The notes under the pieces were generated by a model. It saw only the letters and a program-made list of their open reading frames with translations. It was not told where the DNA came from and made no database searches. A DNA stretch of 64,000 nucleotides from an uncultured delta proteobacterium (GTDB lineage: Bacteria; Myxococcota_A; Polyangia; Polyangiales; Polyangiaceae). The stretch is taken from positions 256,001 to 320,000 of the forward strand of contig CAWKKR010000001.1 of assembly GCA_963850305.1 (NCBI GenBank). The letters are read 5' to 3'. A program made the position numbers and the translations under genes. Of this stretch, positions 38,543-53,577 are shown one piece after another. Within the stretch, counting starts at the first letter, position 1. Every line of letters starts with the position of its first letter.

Positions 38543-39463
38543 ATGGCATACGAAGCGGATCCGTCCATCTCTCGATACATCGCGATGGTGCAATCCTTCC
38601 CGCAGCTCAGCCGCGAGGACGAGCTGGCGCTCGCAAAGGCATGGACCGACCGGGGAGACGAGGCCGCCGCGGACAAGCTGGTTCGCGCGCACCTTCGCTA
38701 CGTAGTCGCGATCGCCCTGAAGTATCGCCGCTACGGCGTTCCGCTCTCCGAACTGATCGCCGAAGGAAATTTCGGTGTCGTTCACGCGCTGAAGAAGTTT
38801 CAGCCTGACCGCGGCAATCGATTCGTCACCTACGCAGCTTACTGGATTCGCGCCTACGTGCTCAATTATGTCATTCGGTCCTGGAGTCTCGTCGGTGCGG
38901 GCTCCGGCGCGCTCCGGTCGAAGATGTTTTTCCGGCTCCGACGCGAGAAGGTTCGTGTCCTGAACCTGGTCGGAGACGGAGAGGCTGCGGACGATCTGCT
39001 CGCCCAGCGGCTCGGGCTTTCCGTTGACCAAGTCCAGGCAATGTTGCGGCGGCTGGAGGCGCGGGACGTGTCTCTCGACGCGAAAGTGTTCGACGATTCG
39101 GGAACGGCCCTACTGGACACGCTGGCCGCTCCTGGGCAGGACCAGGAACAGGCGCTGGCCACACGCGGTCTCCGAGATCGTCTGAGGGACGCCGTGAAGG
39201 AAGCGGTGGAGGAGCTGGATGAGAGGGAACGCTTCATCGTCGAGCAGCGTCTGATGGCCGACCCGGAGGACGAGCTGAGTCTCGCGGAGCTCGGACGTCG
39301 CCTGGGCGTCTCGAGGGAACGCGCCCGCCAGCTCGAGGCGCGCGCGAAGAAAAAGCTGCGGGGAAGACTCGAAACGCTGGCCGAGGAAGAGGGGCAGCTG
39401 GCAAGCGACCGGCCCACGAGCTTCCAGGCGCCGGAGATCCCGAGCGCGCCGCTATCGAGCTGA
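38543..39463 (+). CDS. rpoH: RpoH (sigma-32) family sigma factor
   Basis: ELIAEGNFG, RFVTYAAYWIRAY, RSKMFFRLR (RpoH box), GVSRERARQLE. Myxobacteria have several RpoH paralogues, so the symbol is family-level. Confidence 0.85.
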   Translation: MAYEADPSISRYIAMVQSFPQLSREDELALAKAWTDRGDEAAADKLVRAHLRYVVAIALKYRRYGVPLSELIAEGNFGVVHALKKFQPDRGNRFVTYAAYWIRAYVLNYVIRSWSLVGAGSGALRSKMFFRLRREKVRVLNLVGDGEAADDLLAQRLGLSVDQVQAMLRRLEARDVSLDAKVFDDSGTALLDTLAAPGQDQEQALATRGLRDRLRDAVKEAVEELDERERFIVEQRLMADPEDELSLAELGRRLGVSRERARQLEARAKKKLRGRLETLAEEEGQLASDRPTSFQAPEIPSAPLSS

Positions 39464-39516
39464 ACCGTTCCGACATCGAGTTGCCGGACAGCGTCGGCTC
39501 CTCTATGGTCCCGAAC

Positions 39517-39884
39517 GCTGCGGTGGCTCAGGCGGTCGCTCGACTTCTTCGGGAGCCGAGAGGAAAGTCCGGGCTCCACAGGGCAGGATGCCGGGTAACT
39601 CCCGGTGAGGGTGACCTCGAGGAAAGTGCCACAGAAAATAGACCACCCGGGCGGCCCTGGCCGGTCGGGCAAGGGTGAAAAGGCGGGGTAAGAGCCCACC
39701 GCGCAGCCGGCAACGGTTGTGGCAAGGCAAACCCCATCCGGAGCAAGGCCATGTACAGGGGCGTCCGAGGGCTGCCCGCCCGAGCCCCAGGGTAGGCCGC
39801 ATCAGGCGCGCGGCGACGCGCGTCGCAGAGGAATGATCGCTACCGCCGAGGCGGTACAGAACCCGGCTTACGAACTATCGCAGC
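39517..39884 (+). ncRNA. rnpB: RNase P RNA, bacterial type A
   Basis: GAGGAAAGTCCGGGCTCCA, GAAAGTGCCACAGAAA, GGTAAGAGC, GGCAAACCCC...GAGCAAG, ACAGAACCCGGCTTA; P1 pairing GCTGCGGTGG/CTATCGCAGC; TATGGT -10 box 7 nt upstream. Confidence 0.97.
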
Positions 39885-39887
39885 GGG

Positions 39888-39918
39888 GCCGGCGAGGCGA
39901 AAGTCTCGCCGGCTTTTT
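39888..39918 (+). terminator. Intrinsic terminator of rnpB
   Basis: GCCGGCGAGGC-GAAA-GTCTCGCCGGC stem followed by TTTTT. Confidence 0.9.
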
Positions 39919-41489
39919 CATTGCGCGGCGAAGACGAACGGCACCTGCGCGGTCGTGGTCCCGCTCGATCGCGGGAACCGCCAGCCGCGGACCTTCGATT
40001 CGATGCAGTGTGCGAGAGCGGGGTACCCCCTCGGATCGCCCGTCGTCGTCACGTCCTCGACGGATCCCGAGGCGCCGATCGTGATCGTTACTCCGACTCG
40101 CGCGGAGCTTGGCGCGTCGGGAGCCCGCGCGGAAAGCGCCGTATCCCAGCAGCCGCGACGCACGCTCGAGCTGAAGTTTGCGACGACACGCTGGATCGAA
40201 TTGCCGTCGAGCTGCCCGCCAGGTGCGTTGCCCGGACTCGAAACGTCCGGGCCTTGCGGCGCCGGGCCGAGATTCCCGAGAGAACCCAGGCCGCCGAGCG
40301 TCGGCAGTCCCTTGCTGGCGACCGGCGTCGGGCCCGGCTCGGCCTTCGACGCCACACCGCTGGTTCGCTTCGTTCCCCCACCCGAAACCGTCGACTCTTC
40401 GATCGTCTTGGGATCTCCGCCGACGGGCCCCGGAGCGGGTTTCGCGCTGGATTCGACCTGCACGTACTTCACGACCTCGTGTTGCTCGGTCTTGCTCAGG
40501 AACACCGCACCGACGGTGACTCCGAATGCGAGCGCAACGAACACCGCCACCCAGGCGGCGGGATGAGAGGTTTGCTTACTGCTCTTGACACCAATCTTGT
40601 CGAGTAGATCGCTCGGAACCTCGGATGGCACCGGCACCGCCCCCGCAGCGGCTCGGGCCTGCGCCTCTTCGAGGGGCGACGGCGCAGGAATGGTCCGAGG
40701 ATCGAACGGCTCGGACGCGCCACGTAACGCCTCCTCCACAAGCGTGACGAGTTCCGGAAAGGAGCTCAGGGGCTTCCATTCTTCGAACCCGTCCCGCCAC
40801 ACGAGCGAATCGAGCGTTACCTTGCGCTGCAGCGCGCGGTCGCGTAGCTCCGGCAGCCCCATCGGGCCGGTGGGCGTGCCTTCGATACCGACATACCATT
40901 CGTCCGAGGGCGCCGGCGACAAGGGCGCCGACGACGGATGATCGACCGCCTGCGAGAACGCCGCGGCCAGCGCCATCCCGTCGTGAATGCGGGTCGGGGG
41001 CTCTTCCTCCGCGTCTACCTTCGGTGGGGCGACCTTTGGAGGCTCGGGCCGCGCCGAAACGCGCGCGGTAGGCACCGGCTCGTCCTCGGATGCAGGAGCC
41101 TTTTCGGCGACCGCCTCGGCCACGGCGGCGGCGCCTCGACGTGGCGGGACGGCGGCCGGTCGCTTCGGCGCTGGAGCCGTGCGTTTAGGAGCAGGCCCCT
41201 TCGCAGCGGGGGAAGTCCCCCGGCGCGCCGGGGGAGCGCCCCCAGCGCCAGGCGTCGGCCGCCCCGGCTCGGCAATGGGGCGTTCCTCGGAACCTCGGTC
41301 TTGATCCTCGTCGTCGTCATCGGAGTCTGCCGCTACGCCAGGCGGCCTGAGCGACTCGGGAACGCTGGCGCTGTGGATGTCGATGACGTGCCCGCACTTG
41401 CGACACTTCATCCGCGAGGACGCCCGCTGGGCGAGCTTCTCGTCGGCGATGCGATACTTCGCCTTGCACTGAGGACAGAGAAACTTCAT
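39918..41489 (-). CDS. AgmX/GltJ-like protein (zinc ribbon, GYF_2, TM, TonB-C-like domain)
   Basis: MKFLCPQCKAKYRI...CRKCG; WYVGIEGTPTGPM...LVWRDGFEEWKP; TM; C-terminal CIESKVRGWRFP...PFVF. Confidence 0.8.
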   Translation of the reverse strand: MKFLCPQCKAKYRIADEKLAQRASSRMKCRKCGHVIDIHSASVPESLRPPGVAADSDDDDEDQDRGSEERPIAEPGRPTPGAGGAPPARRGTSPAAKGPAPKRTAPAPKRPAAVPPRRGAAAVAEAVAEKAPASEDEPVPTARVSARPEPPKVAPPKVDAEEEPPTRIHDGMALAAAFSQAVDHPSSAPLSPAPSDEWYVGIEGTPTGPMGLPELRDRALQRKVTLDSLVWRDGFEEWKPLSSFPELVTLVEEALRGASEPFDPRTIPAPSPLEEAQARAAAGAVPVPSEVPSDLLDKIGVKSSKQTSHPAAWVAVFVALAFGVTVGAVFLSKTEQHEVVKYVQVESSAKPAPGPVGGDPKTIEESTVSGGGTKRTSGVASKAEPGPTPVASKGLPTLGGLGSLGNLGPAPQGPDVSSPGNAPGGQLDGNSIQRVVANFSSSVRRGCWDTALSARAPDAPSSARVGVTITIGASGSVEDVTTTGDPRGYPALAHCIESKVRGWRFPRSSGTTTAQVPFVFAAQ

Positions 41490-41541
41490 GGCGCGGTCGT
41501 AGGGCGGCGCGACATGCAATCAGGTAGCCGTGAAAGACCGT

Positions 41542-42961
41542 TCACAGGAGGGTGAGCAGATGTTGTTTGATCGACTGCCGCGTCAGGTCGTCGGGTGCAA
41601 CATTTAACGCGCGTTCCCACATTTCAGTCGCTTTGTTACGGAAGCCGGCCTTCTGGTACAGAATGGCGAGGTTCCTCACGGCCGGGAAGTGTCTCGAGTT
41701 TATCTCAACCGCGCGCTCGAGCTCACTGATTGCTTCATAGACGTGCCCTTTCTTTCCCTGAAGGAGTCCCAGATGGAAGTGAAGCCGAAACGCCAGCGGG
41801 TCGATGGCGATCCCTCTCCGGAGATGTGCGACGGCGTCGTCGATTCGCCCATCCTGGTATGCTGCCACGCCTGCATTGAGTTCCTGCTCTGCCTCCTCCG
41901 ACATCTCTCGTACGCGCGAACTGGAGGGCTCGTCCTCTGAATCGAGCGAGATTTCCACGGCTCTGACGAGCTCCGCGATCTTGAACGGCTTCTCCAGATA
42001 GTGCTCGACTCCGCAGCTTTCCCGGAGATCCTCGGCGAACCTCCAGCCCCGGTACACCGCACTCACCATGATGATGGGGAGGTGAGCGTAGCGTTTGCTC
42101 GCCTTGATTCGGCGGGCGATCTCGAACCCGTGAACCTCCGGAAGCATCGCATCGAGGATCACGAGATCCGGCGCATGTTCCTTGACCATCCCGAGCGCTG
42201 CGCGCCCGTTGTCCGTCGAAACGACGCGGTAACCCTTGCCCTGGAGCAGCCGCTCCAGCATCAGCCGGATGTCCTGTTCGTCGTCCACCACGAGGACGGT
42301 CTTCGTGCCGGGTGCCATAACCACGGAGATCCGGTCCGGCGCCTCGATGACCGCGCTGAGTTCCTTCGAGAGAATCGCCGAAGTCCGCATCTGGCAGGTC
42401 GCTGTCGCGGACGCGTTTCATCTTTTCGTCCACGACCACCGCCGTCTCGACCACGGGGCTCGACTCGGGCTCCGACGCCGCGGGCTCGGACAGCGTCTTG
42501 GAGCCAGCCTGAGCCTTCTTGACAACCTCGGGGGGGCAGGCCGAACCGACGTAGAACTGCTCGTCCCGGGAGCGCATCGAGTACGCCCGCTCGATCGTCT
42601 CCGCGAGCGGACCCGCGGGTGCGGCGTAAGGGAAGACTTTTTTGTCGGTCACGAACTCGAGCTCGTCGATCACCTTTTGCTCGAGGGGGTTGGCCATTGC
42701 GACGAACAGCCGGTCTTCCCTAACGAGGACCGGGAGGATGACGTGCCGCCGCGCGATCTCGAGCGGGATCAGATCCAAATCCACGAGTCGGACACACACC
42801 TGCTCGAGGTCGATGGCCGGTACGCCGAATTTCTCGCTGAGCGCTTTCAGCTCGTCGACGTCGGACGTGACTCGATTCTTCGCCTGCGCGGCGTCGCCGG
42901 AGCCTATCGCCCTCTGCTGGAGCGCGATGCGCCCGATGTTCTTCTTGTCGCCCTGGCTCAT
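41542..42961 (-). CDS. GSPII_N/MshEN-like domain plus receiver plus TPR protein; +1 frameshift near 42373
   Basis: The N-half (LIPLEIARRHVILPV...LFVAMANP...ELEF) joins ORF 41542..42390 (VLVVDDE, VILDAMLP, KPF, TPRs) when one base at 42372-42376 is removed (FGDLSKEL). Confidence 0.8.
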
Positions 42962-42978
42962 GGCTCGGACCCTGCTCC

Positions 42979-46597
<3,619 letters not shown>

Positions 46598-46682
46598 CTC
46601 GCCTGCGAGCCTAACCCCTAGTGACGCCGGTCCGCCAGCAGCGAAGTGCCGTGATCGGTCCAGGCAAAACCCGGCGAAAGTC

Positions 46683-48179
46683 TCAGGATGGGGACGCACG
46701 CGCGTCTTCGCGGGCGCGCTCGATGGCAGTCGTCAGCTCCCGTACGTCGAACGGCTTCACGAGTGAACGAGCGACCCGGTCCGGTGGCCCGAGCACGGTG
46801 CGGCTCGCCGACATGAGAACGATTCCGATGTCCGGGCGCTCGCCGCGGAACTGCTCCGCGAGCTCGCGCCCATCGCCATCGCCCAGCTTCACGTCGAGAA
46901 CGGCGACATCGATCGTGTCGCGATACTGCGCGAAGAGCCGCCGGCACTCGGCGGCGCTCATGGCGGCGTAAACGGAGTGCCCCATGCGGCGAAGCTGGCG
47001 AGCGACGGCGCCGACGAGCGCGACCTCGTTGTCGGCGAGCAGCACGAGCGCCGGGGAAACATTGCGGACGGGTTCGAGTGCGATCGGCGCCGTCTCCCGC
47101 ACCACGGCCGTCGGTGGCCACGTCACCCGGAACTCCGCGCCACCACCGCTCCGGTCTCCGACCGTCACTTCTGCGCCCGTGGTCCGTGCCACGGCTTCGA
47201 CTATCGCGAGACCCAACCCCGTTCCCCAACCGGCGCCCGAATCGCCTTCGCCCGGGCGCCGCTTCGTGGTGAAATACGGCTGGAAAATGCGCTCCCTCAG
47301 CTCAGCGGGAACGCCCGGGCCGTGATCTGCGACCACGAGCTCGACGCCGCCCTCCGGCGTGGGGCCGAGCGTAACCTCGATGCCACCCGCGTGGAGTCGC
47401 GTGGCGTCGCGCGCATTCACGAGGAGATTCAGCACGAGCTGATGCAGGCGAGCGCGATCCCCGACGACCTCCGGAGTGTCGCTCGTGATGTCGAGGATGA
47501 TCGGCACCGCGCTCGAACCGCGACCGAGCACGGCCGCCGCGGCACGCACCTCAGCCGCCAGCGAGATGGGACGCCAGCTGCCCGTCTCGTCGAAGGCGAT
47601 CGCCCGCAACGAGCGCGCGAGCGACGCCCCGCGCTCGGCTTCCTCGATGATAGAGACGAAGTCCGCGGATGGATCGCCGGTCCCGTCGTGCGCGTCCGCC
47701 GCGCCGGCCTGGGCGGTCGCGACGATCGCGGCCAGCAGGTTGTTTAGATCGTGCGCGAGGCCCCCCGCAAACCGCGCTATGGTCTCGCTGCGTTCGCGCT
47801 GCGCACGCGAGGTCGCCTGGGTCACGCGCTCGGTGAAGTCCACGAGCAACACGAGAAACCGATCGCCTTCGAGCGCGGCCCCGTAGGCCTGCACGCTCAT
47901 CTGCAGATTGCCTTCGAGCCGAATCACGAGATCCTTGACGTCGAACCGTCGGCGCTCGGATAAAAGTGTCGCGACGAGGTTTCGAAGACCCGGGCTCGCG
48001 GACTCGAAAACGCCGTCGATATCGAGCCCCACCACGGACCCGAAGAGGGATTGGAACTGCTTGTTCGCCTCGAGAACACATCCACGCCCGTCAACGATGA
48101 CTTGAGGTACGGGCGCGCAGTCGAACGCTTCGTCGAACATTCTGGGGCTCGCGCGTCGATGGGCGTCGGGCACTTTCAC
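46683..48179 (-). CDS. PAS hybrid sensor histidine kinase
   Basis: PAS, GGLAHDLNNLL, LNLLVNARDA, DHGPG, FQPYFTTK, GTGLGL, C-terminal receiver. Confidence 0.92.
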   Translation of the reverse strand: MKVPDAHRRASPRMFDEAFDCAPVPQVIVDGRGCVLEANKQFQSLFGSVVGLDIDGVFESASPGLRNLVATLLSERRRFDVKDLVIRLEGNLQMSVQAYGAALEGDRFLVLLVDFTERVTQATSRAQRERSETIARFAGGLAHDLNNLLAAIVATAQAGAADAHDGTGDPSADFVSIIEEAERGASLARSLRAIAFDETGSWRPISLAAEVRAAAAVLGRGSSAVPIILDITSDTPEVVGDRARLHQLVLNLLVNARDATRLHAGGIEVTLGPTPEGGVELVVADHGPGVPAELRERIFQPYFTTKRRPGEGDSGAGWGTGLGLAIVEAVARTTGAEVTVGDRSGGGAEFRVTWPPTAVVRETAPIALEPVRNVSPALVLLADNEVALVGAVARQLRRMGHSVYAAMSAAECRRLFAQYRDTIDVAVLDVKLGDGDGRELAEQFRGERPDIGIVLMSASRTVLGPPDRVARSLVKPFDVRELTTAIERAREDARASPS

Positions 48180-48266
48180 TCGCGCTGCCCATCCGGACGA
48201 TCCATTTGGACCTTACCACTGTTCTCTAGTGCAAAGCCTCCGGAACCGGTGCTATCTCCGAAGCCC

Positions 48267-48714
48267 ATGCCTACACTCTCTGACATGCTCGGTGTGGAAC
48301 CGAATCGTGGCGCGGTCGTCGAAGATGCGTGTCGCGTTCTCGATCAGGAGGTTTCGGACAAGAGCGGGCTCGGCGGCCTTGCCATCAAGGCGGCGTATGG
48401 AGTCATCAAGGGGATCAAGCCTGGCTTCGTTCGGGAGGTGGTGGATGGGTTGCTCGACGAGTTTCTGAAGTCCCTGGAGCCCTTCTACCAAGACGCTTTG
48501 GCCAGGGGAGCCAAGCCCAGTGTCGTGTTGCAGTCGAACGCCAGCGGCGTCGCGGACGCCCTGCTAGCCGTGACGGACGGTAAGGCCGCCCGCGCCCAGC
48601 GTCCTGTGATCGAAATCAACGTACGAGAAGCTGCGTCCCTCCGCCAAGAAGCAGGTGGAAGTCGCCGTTCCACGCCTCGGAGCGATGCTTGACCGGCATG
48701 CGACGGCAGGCTGA
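48267..48714 (+). CDS. Conserved hypothetical protein (DUF6918-like); +1 frameshift near 48612
   Basis: LDQEVSDKSGLGGLAIKAAY...ADALLAVTD. Removing G48612 gives VIKSTYEKLRPSAKKQVEVAVPRLGAML and stop 48712-48714. Confidence 0.7.
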
Positions 48715-48886
48715 GCGGCGCGCCGCGTCAGGGTGGGCTGGAGCCCGCAGGCTGCGGGGACGATGCCTTGACAATGCGCTTCCGCCGGGACAATTAGCGG
48801 GCGCGTGTCGGCCCGGCCATCCGGAGCCGGACCGCGAGAGCCGCCTTCGGTAGCTGGCGGCGTAGAGAGAAAGGCCCGTCGTACTC

Positions 48887-50763
48887 ATGGCGACACAGCA
48901 GGAGCCCATCGTATCGGGCTCGACCTCTGCCCACCCCGTTCTGAAACACATCGAAGGGGCAGTCGTTCGTTTCTGCGGCGATTCGGGAGATGGGATGCAA
49001 GTGACCGGCTCCCAGTTCACGACCACGGCGGCGATGGTCGGCAACGACCTCTCGACGTTCCCCGACTTCCCCGCGGAAATCCGCGCACCAGCCGGCACGC
49101 TCTATGGCGTATCCGGGTTCCAGATCAATTTCTCGTCGCAGCACGTCTTCACACCCGGGGACGCCCCTGACGTCCTCGTCGCGATGAACCCCGCGGCGTT
49201 GAAGACGAACGTAAAAGATCTGCGCCCAGGCGGTTTGCTCATCGTGAACAGCGGCGCGTTCAACGGGCAGAACCTCAAGAAGGCAGGTTACGCCAAGAGC
49301 CCGCTCGAGGACGAGTCGCTCTCCGCGTATCGGCTGTTGCCGATCGACGTGACGAAGAACACGCTCGCGGCCGTCGAAGGCACGGGGCTCTCGACGAAGG
49401 AGGCGGGGCGCTGCAAGAATTTCTGGACCCTCGGCCTGATGTACTGGATTTACGACCGGCCGCTGGAGCCGACGCTCCGCTGGATCGACGACAAGTTCAA
49501 GAAGCGTCCCGACATCGCGAAGGGCAACGTTCAGGCCCTGAAAGCGGGACACGCTTTCGGCGAGACGATCGAAATCTCGCACGAGCGGTACGTGGTCCCG
49601 CCCGCTCCCGTCGAGAAGGGCGAGTACTGCAACATCTCCGGAAATACCGCCACCGCGTGGGGGTTCATCGCGGCAACGGAGCTTGCCGACATCAATCTCG
49701 TGCTCGGTTCATATCCCATCACGCCGGCGAGCGACGTCCTCCACGAGCTCAGCCGCTACAAGCAATTCGGAGTCACCACGGTTCAGGCCGAGGATGAGAT
49801 CGCGGCGGTGTGCGCCGCGATCGGCGCGTCCTACGCGGGCCGTCTCGGCGTCACTTCCACGAGTGGTCCCGGACTCGCGCTCAAGATGGAGGCCATCGGG
49901 CTCGCGGTTGCCATCGAGCTTCCGCTCGTCGTCCTCGACGTTCAGCGCGCCGGGCCAAGCACCGGCATGCCCACGAAGACGGAGCAGGCCGATCTCCTGC
50001 AGGCCGTATACGGAAGAAACAGCGAAGCGCCCGTGTGCGTGCTGGCCGCGTCGACGCCCGGCGATTGTTTCTACATGGCCATCGAGGCGTGCCGGATTGC
50101 CACGAAGTTCATGACACCGGTGATCCTCCTCACCGACGGATATCTCGCGAACGGTGCCGAGCCCTGGAAGATCCCGGAAGTGGACTCGCTCCCGCGCTTC
50201 CCGGTGAAGTTTCGGACGGAGCCCGACGGCTTTCATCCTTTCGCGCGGGACACCGCGACGCTCGCGCGGAACTGGGCGATCCCCGGCACCCCCGGTCTCA
50301 CGCACCGCATCGGGGGCATCGAGAAGGACTTCGACTCCGGTCACATCTCGTACGATCCGCGCAACCACGAGAAGATGTCGCGCACGCGCGCCGCCAAGGT
50401 GGCCGGCATCGCGAACGACGTGCCCGAGCAGAAGATCGCCGTCGGCGAAGACCACGGCAAGCTGTTGGTCCTGGGCTGGGGCTCCACGTACGGCGCGATC
50501 CACGAGGCGGTCCGGCGCTGCCGCGCGCGCGGGCTCGACGTGTCGCATGCCCACCTGAACTACCTCAACCCGATGCCGCGAAACCTGGGTGACCTCCTCA
50601 AGCGGTTCGATCGCGTGCTCGTGCCCGAGCTGAACCTGGGGCAACTCGTGCAACTCCTGCGCAGCCGGTACCTCGTCCCGGCCGAGTCCCTGCCAAAATC
50701 CAGGGACAGCCGTTCCGAATCGAAGAGCTCGAAGAGAAGATTCGCCAGATGATGGAGAGCTGA
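48887..50763 (+). CDS. korA: 2-oxoacid:ferredoxin oxidoreductase alpha subunit; -1 frameshift near 50697
   Basis: GDSGDGMQ, SYPITPASD, QAEDEIAA, TSGPG, QRAGPSTGMPTKTEQ. Adding one base restores KIQGQPF...MES and stop 50761-50763. Confidence 0.93.
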
Positions 50764-50765
50764 TC

Positions 50766-51785
50766 ATGTCCTACGTCATTCCGCCGAAGCTCACGAAGAA
50801 AGACTTCGAGACCGACCAGGATGTCCGCTGGTGTCCGGGCTGCGGGGATTATTCGATCCTCGCGAACGTCCAGAAGCTCATGCCGGAGCTCGGGATCCCG
50901 CGCGAGAACATCGTCTGGGTGAGCGGCATCGGCTGCTCGAGCCGGTTCCCGTACTACATGAACACTTACGGGTTCCACACGATCCATGGCCGCGCGCCCG
51001 CATTCGCGACGGGTATCAAGGTCGCGAATCCGGAGCTCGCCGTGTGGCTGGCAACGGGCGACGGCGACGGCCTCAGCATCGGCGGCAACCAGCTGATGCA
51101 TTGCCTCCGCCGCAACGTGGAAGTGAAGATCCTCCTCTTCAACAACCGGATCTACGGACTCACCAAGGGGCAATATTCGCCCACGAGCGAGCTCGGAAAG
51201 GTCACGAAGAGCACTCCGTACGGCTCCGCGGATCACCCCCTGGACCCGTGCGTGTTCGCCCTCGGCGCGGGCGCGAGTTTCGTCGGGCGGACCGTGGACG
51301 TTCAGGCGAAGGAGTTTGCCACCGTGCTGAAGCGCGCCGCGCTCCACAAGGGCGGGACGTTCACGGAGATCTACCAGAACTGCAACGTCTTCAACGACGA
51401 CGCCTTCGCCAGCTTCACCGAGAAGGCCGTGAAGGAAGATCGCCAGATCTTCGTCGAGCACGGGCAGCCGCTCCTCTTCGGCGAGGGGAAGAAGAAGGGG
51501 CTTCGCGTCGATCCGCGGACGCTTTCGCTCCGGGTCGTCACGCTGGGCGAGAACGAAGTGACGGAGAGCGAAATCCTCGTCCACGACGAGAAGAACGCGA
51601 CCATCGCGACGATGCTTGCGCGCATGCCATTCCCCGATTTTCCGATTGCCATGGGAGTCCTGTTCGCGTCCGAACGTCCGATTTACGAGCAGACGCTGGT
51701 CGAGCAGCGCAGCCGCGCGAGGACGCGGGCTGGCGAGGGCAGCCTCCGGAAATTGCTCCATTCTGGCGAGACCTGGACGGTCTGA
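50766..51785 (+). CDS. korB: 2-oxoacid:ferredoxin oxidoreductase beta subunit
   Basis: WCPGCGD, SGIGCSSR, HTIHGRA, TGDGD, NNRIYGLTKGQYSPT. Confidence 0.95.
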   Translation: MSYVIPPKLTKKDFETDQDVRWCPGCGDYSILANVQKLMPELGIPRENIVWVSGIGCSSRFPYYMNTYGFHTIHGRAPAFATGIKVANPELAVWLATGDGDGLSIGGNQLMHCLRRNVEVKILLFNNRIYGLTKGQYSPTSELGKVTKSTPYGSADHPLDPCVFALGAGASFVGRTVDVQAKEFATVLKRAALHKGGTFTEIYQNCNVFNDDAFASFTEKAVKEDRQIFVEHGQPLLFGEGKKKGLRVDPRTLSLRVVTLGENEVTESEILVHDEKNATIATMLARMPFPDFPIAMGVLFASERPIYEQTLVEQRSRARTRAGEGSLRKLLHSGETWTV

Positions 51786-51875
51786 GCTCCGTTCGGTTCA
51801 GCCCGAACGCGACCACTTCGAGCCGCCGTGGTTCGTGCAACAAGCATTGCTGACCTGGAATCGCGCGGCGAGCGA

Positions 51876-53483
51876 TCAGACGGTCTTCAATCGACGCTTG
51901 CTGGTCTCGCCCGGGCGCGTCGCAGGAGGTTCGCTGGATCGCCGTGAACGAGCGACGTCACTCTCGAGGATCGGCGAGAAGAAGTTGTCTTTCTTGACAT
52001 TCTCGTCCGGCGAGAACGCGAACTTGTAACTGGGCTCAGCGCGCTGCGAACAATCCGTGCGCTCGCAAAACCGACAGGTGACGCCGACGGGAACGGCGAT
52101 GCGCGCCGCGTGCTCGGGCACCCAGCGCGGGGAATCGTCTGCGTAGCCGATGTGGTGCGCGTCCTCCGCGTGGGTCCCGAGACCGATCGAGTATACCGTC
52201 CCCTTCACGAGCGAGCCTTGCACCGGCGTCGCGTTCACCTTCGCAAAGCAGAAGAATGCCGTGCCGTCCGGCATCACGCTGAACTGACGCGAGATCGTGC
52301 TGGGCGTCAGAAAAGCAGTGTGCACGACCCACTTTGGGCACGAGCCGAGGCCGACCGGGAACCCGAGACCCGTGGCGGAGTAACGCTTGGAGATATTTCC
52401 GCCCACGTCGACGCGAAGGAAGTGCATCGGCACGCCGCGGCGCTTCGTATCCGAGAGATTCGTGAGCCGGTGCGCGATGGCCTCGTAGCTCATCTCGAAG
52501 AGCCCCGAGAGTCCCTCGACGTCGTAGCGCGTGCGCTGCGCCTCTCGATGAACGTCCTCGTACGGCAGGAGCAGCGCGCCCGCAAAATAGTTCGCGAGAT
52601 GAATCTTCACGAGTCGCGGGGTCTCCGGGTGACGAGCGTCGAAGGATTCCGCGATCGAGCGATCGAGGCCGAGCTCGGCGATCCGGCGAAGGCCGATGAC
52701 GTGCGCGAGGTCGAACTTGCGGCGAGCTTCCGAGAGGTCCGCGGACAGAGCAAGCTTCCCCGAGCTTGCGTCGTAATATCGGACCACGCTCGACGAATGG
52801 CCGGGCGGAAGGACGCTCACCTGCACGCCCAGCCCCTCGAGCGCGCGGACTAGAGTGTCGCTGTGCACGCGGCGCTCGAGCCCGAAATCGCGACGCGCCC
52901 CGCCGCTGGCCTCCTCGAGTTCGGGGAAATAGTTCCGGTGTTCTTGCAGAAAATCGACGACCTCGTCGAGGGGCGAATAGTCGGAATGGAGCGCCGGCTC
53001 TTCGGCGCCGGGCCGGCGCACGAACGACGCTCGCGCCTTCTCGCCGGCCTCGCGACGCGAGAGGAGCTGCTGGAGCTTCTCGAGCTGGCTCCGGGTGTTC
53101 TTGTAGAGGTTGAAGAGCGTGGTCACCGTCGTGACGGCCATAGGCTCGGCGCTGATCGTCGCGACATCGTCGCGATCCAGGTTGAGCGAGCGCAGGAGAG
53201 GTTCGTCGAGCAGGAGGGCGAGGCTCTGCTCCACCGGCTTTTCGCCCAGACCGTCCAAGAACGGTTCCGGCTCGACGCGAAGGAGCTCGAGCGCCTTCCA
53301 CAGGAGGGGGAGCTGGACCGTGCGCCGGCCTTTCTCGATGAGGTTCAGGTACGACGCCGAAATCCCGAGTCTGCGTGCAAAGTCAGCCTGGGATTCGGCG
53401 CGATCGAGCCGCAGCTCGCGGAGACGCTGCCCCACCGCGGCGTTTCGAATACCGAGATTCGCCGCAGACGGGGTCATCTTCAC
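51876..53483 (-). CDS. Short-chain fatty acyl-CoA regulator (RamB/PrpR/ScfR family)
   Basis: XRE HTH (LGISASYLNLIEKG), HRNYFPELE, ANYFAGALLLPY, GNISKR, CRFCERTDCSQR. Confidence 0.9.
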   Translation of the reverse strand: MKMTPSAANLGIRNAAVGQRLRELRLDRAESQADFARRLGISASYLNLIEKGRRTVQLPLLWKALELLRVEPEPFLDGLGEKPVEQSLALLLDEPLLRSLNLDRDDVATISAEPMAVTTVTTLFNLYKNTRSQLEKLQQLLSRREAGEKARASFVRRPGAEEPALHSDYSPLDEVVDFLQEHRNYFPELEEASGGARRDFGLERRVHSDTLVRALEGLGVQVSVLPPGHSSSVVRYYDASSGKLALSADLSEARRKFDLAHVIGLRRIAELGLDRSIAESFDARHPETPRLVKIHLANYFAGALLLPYEDVHREAQRTRYDVEGLSGLFEMSYEAIAHRLTNLSDTKRRGVPMHFLRVDVGGNISKRYSATGLGFPVGLGSCPKWVVHTAFLTPSTISRQFSVMPDGTAFFCFAKVNATPVQGSLVKGTVYSIGLGTHAEDAHHIGYADDSPRWVPEHAARIAVPVGVTCRFCERTDCSQRAEPSYKFAFSPDENVKKDNFFSPILESDVARSRRSSEPPATRPGETSKRRLKTV

Positions 53484-53577
53484 AAGTTGACATTAAAGCG
53501 CGACTTTCGCGACCCCGCCGAAGTCAGATTGCGCTGACGGGCGACATCGGGCGCGAGATTGAGTATGAAGGCGCCCC

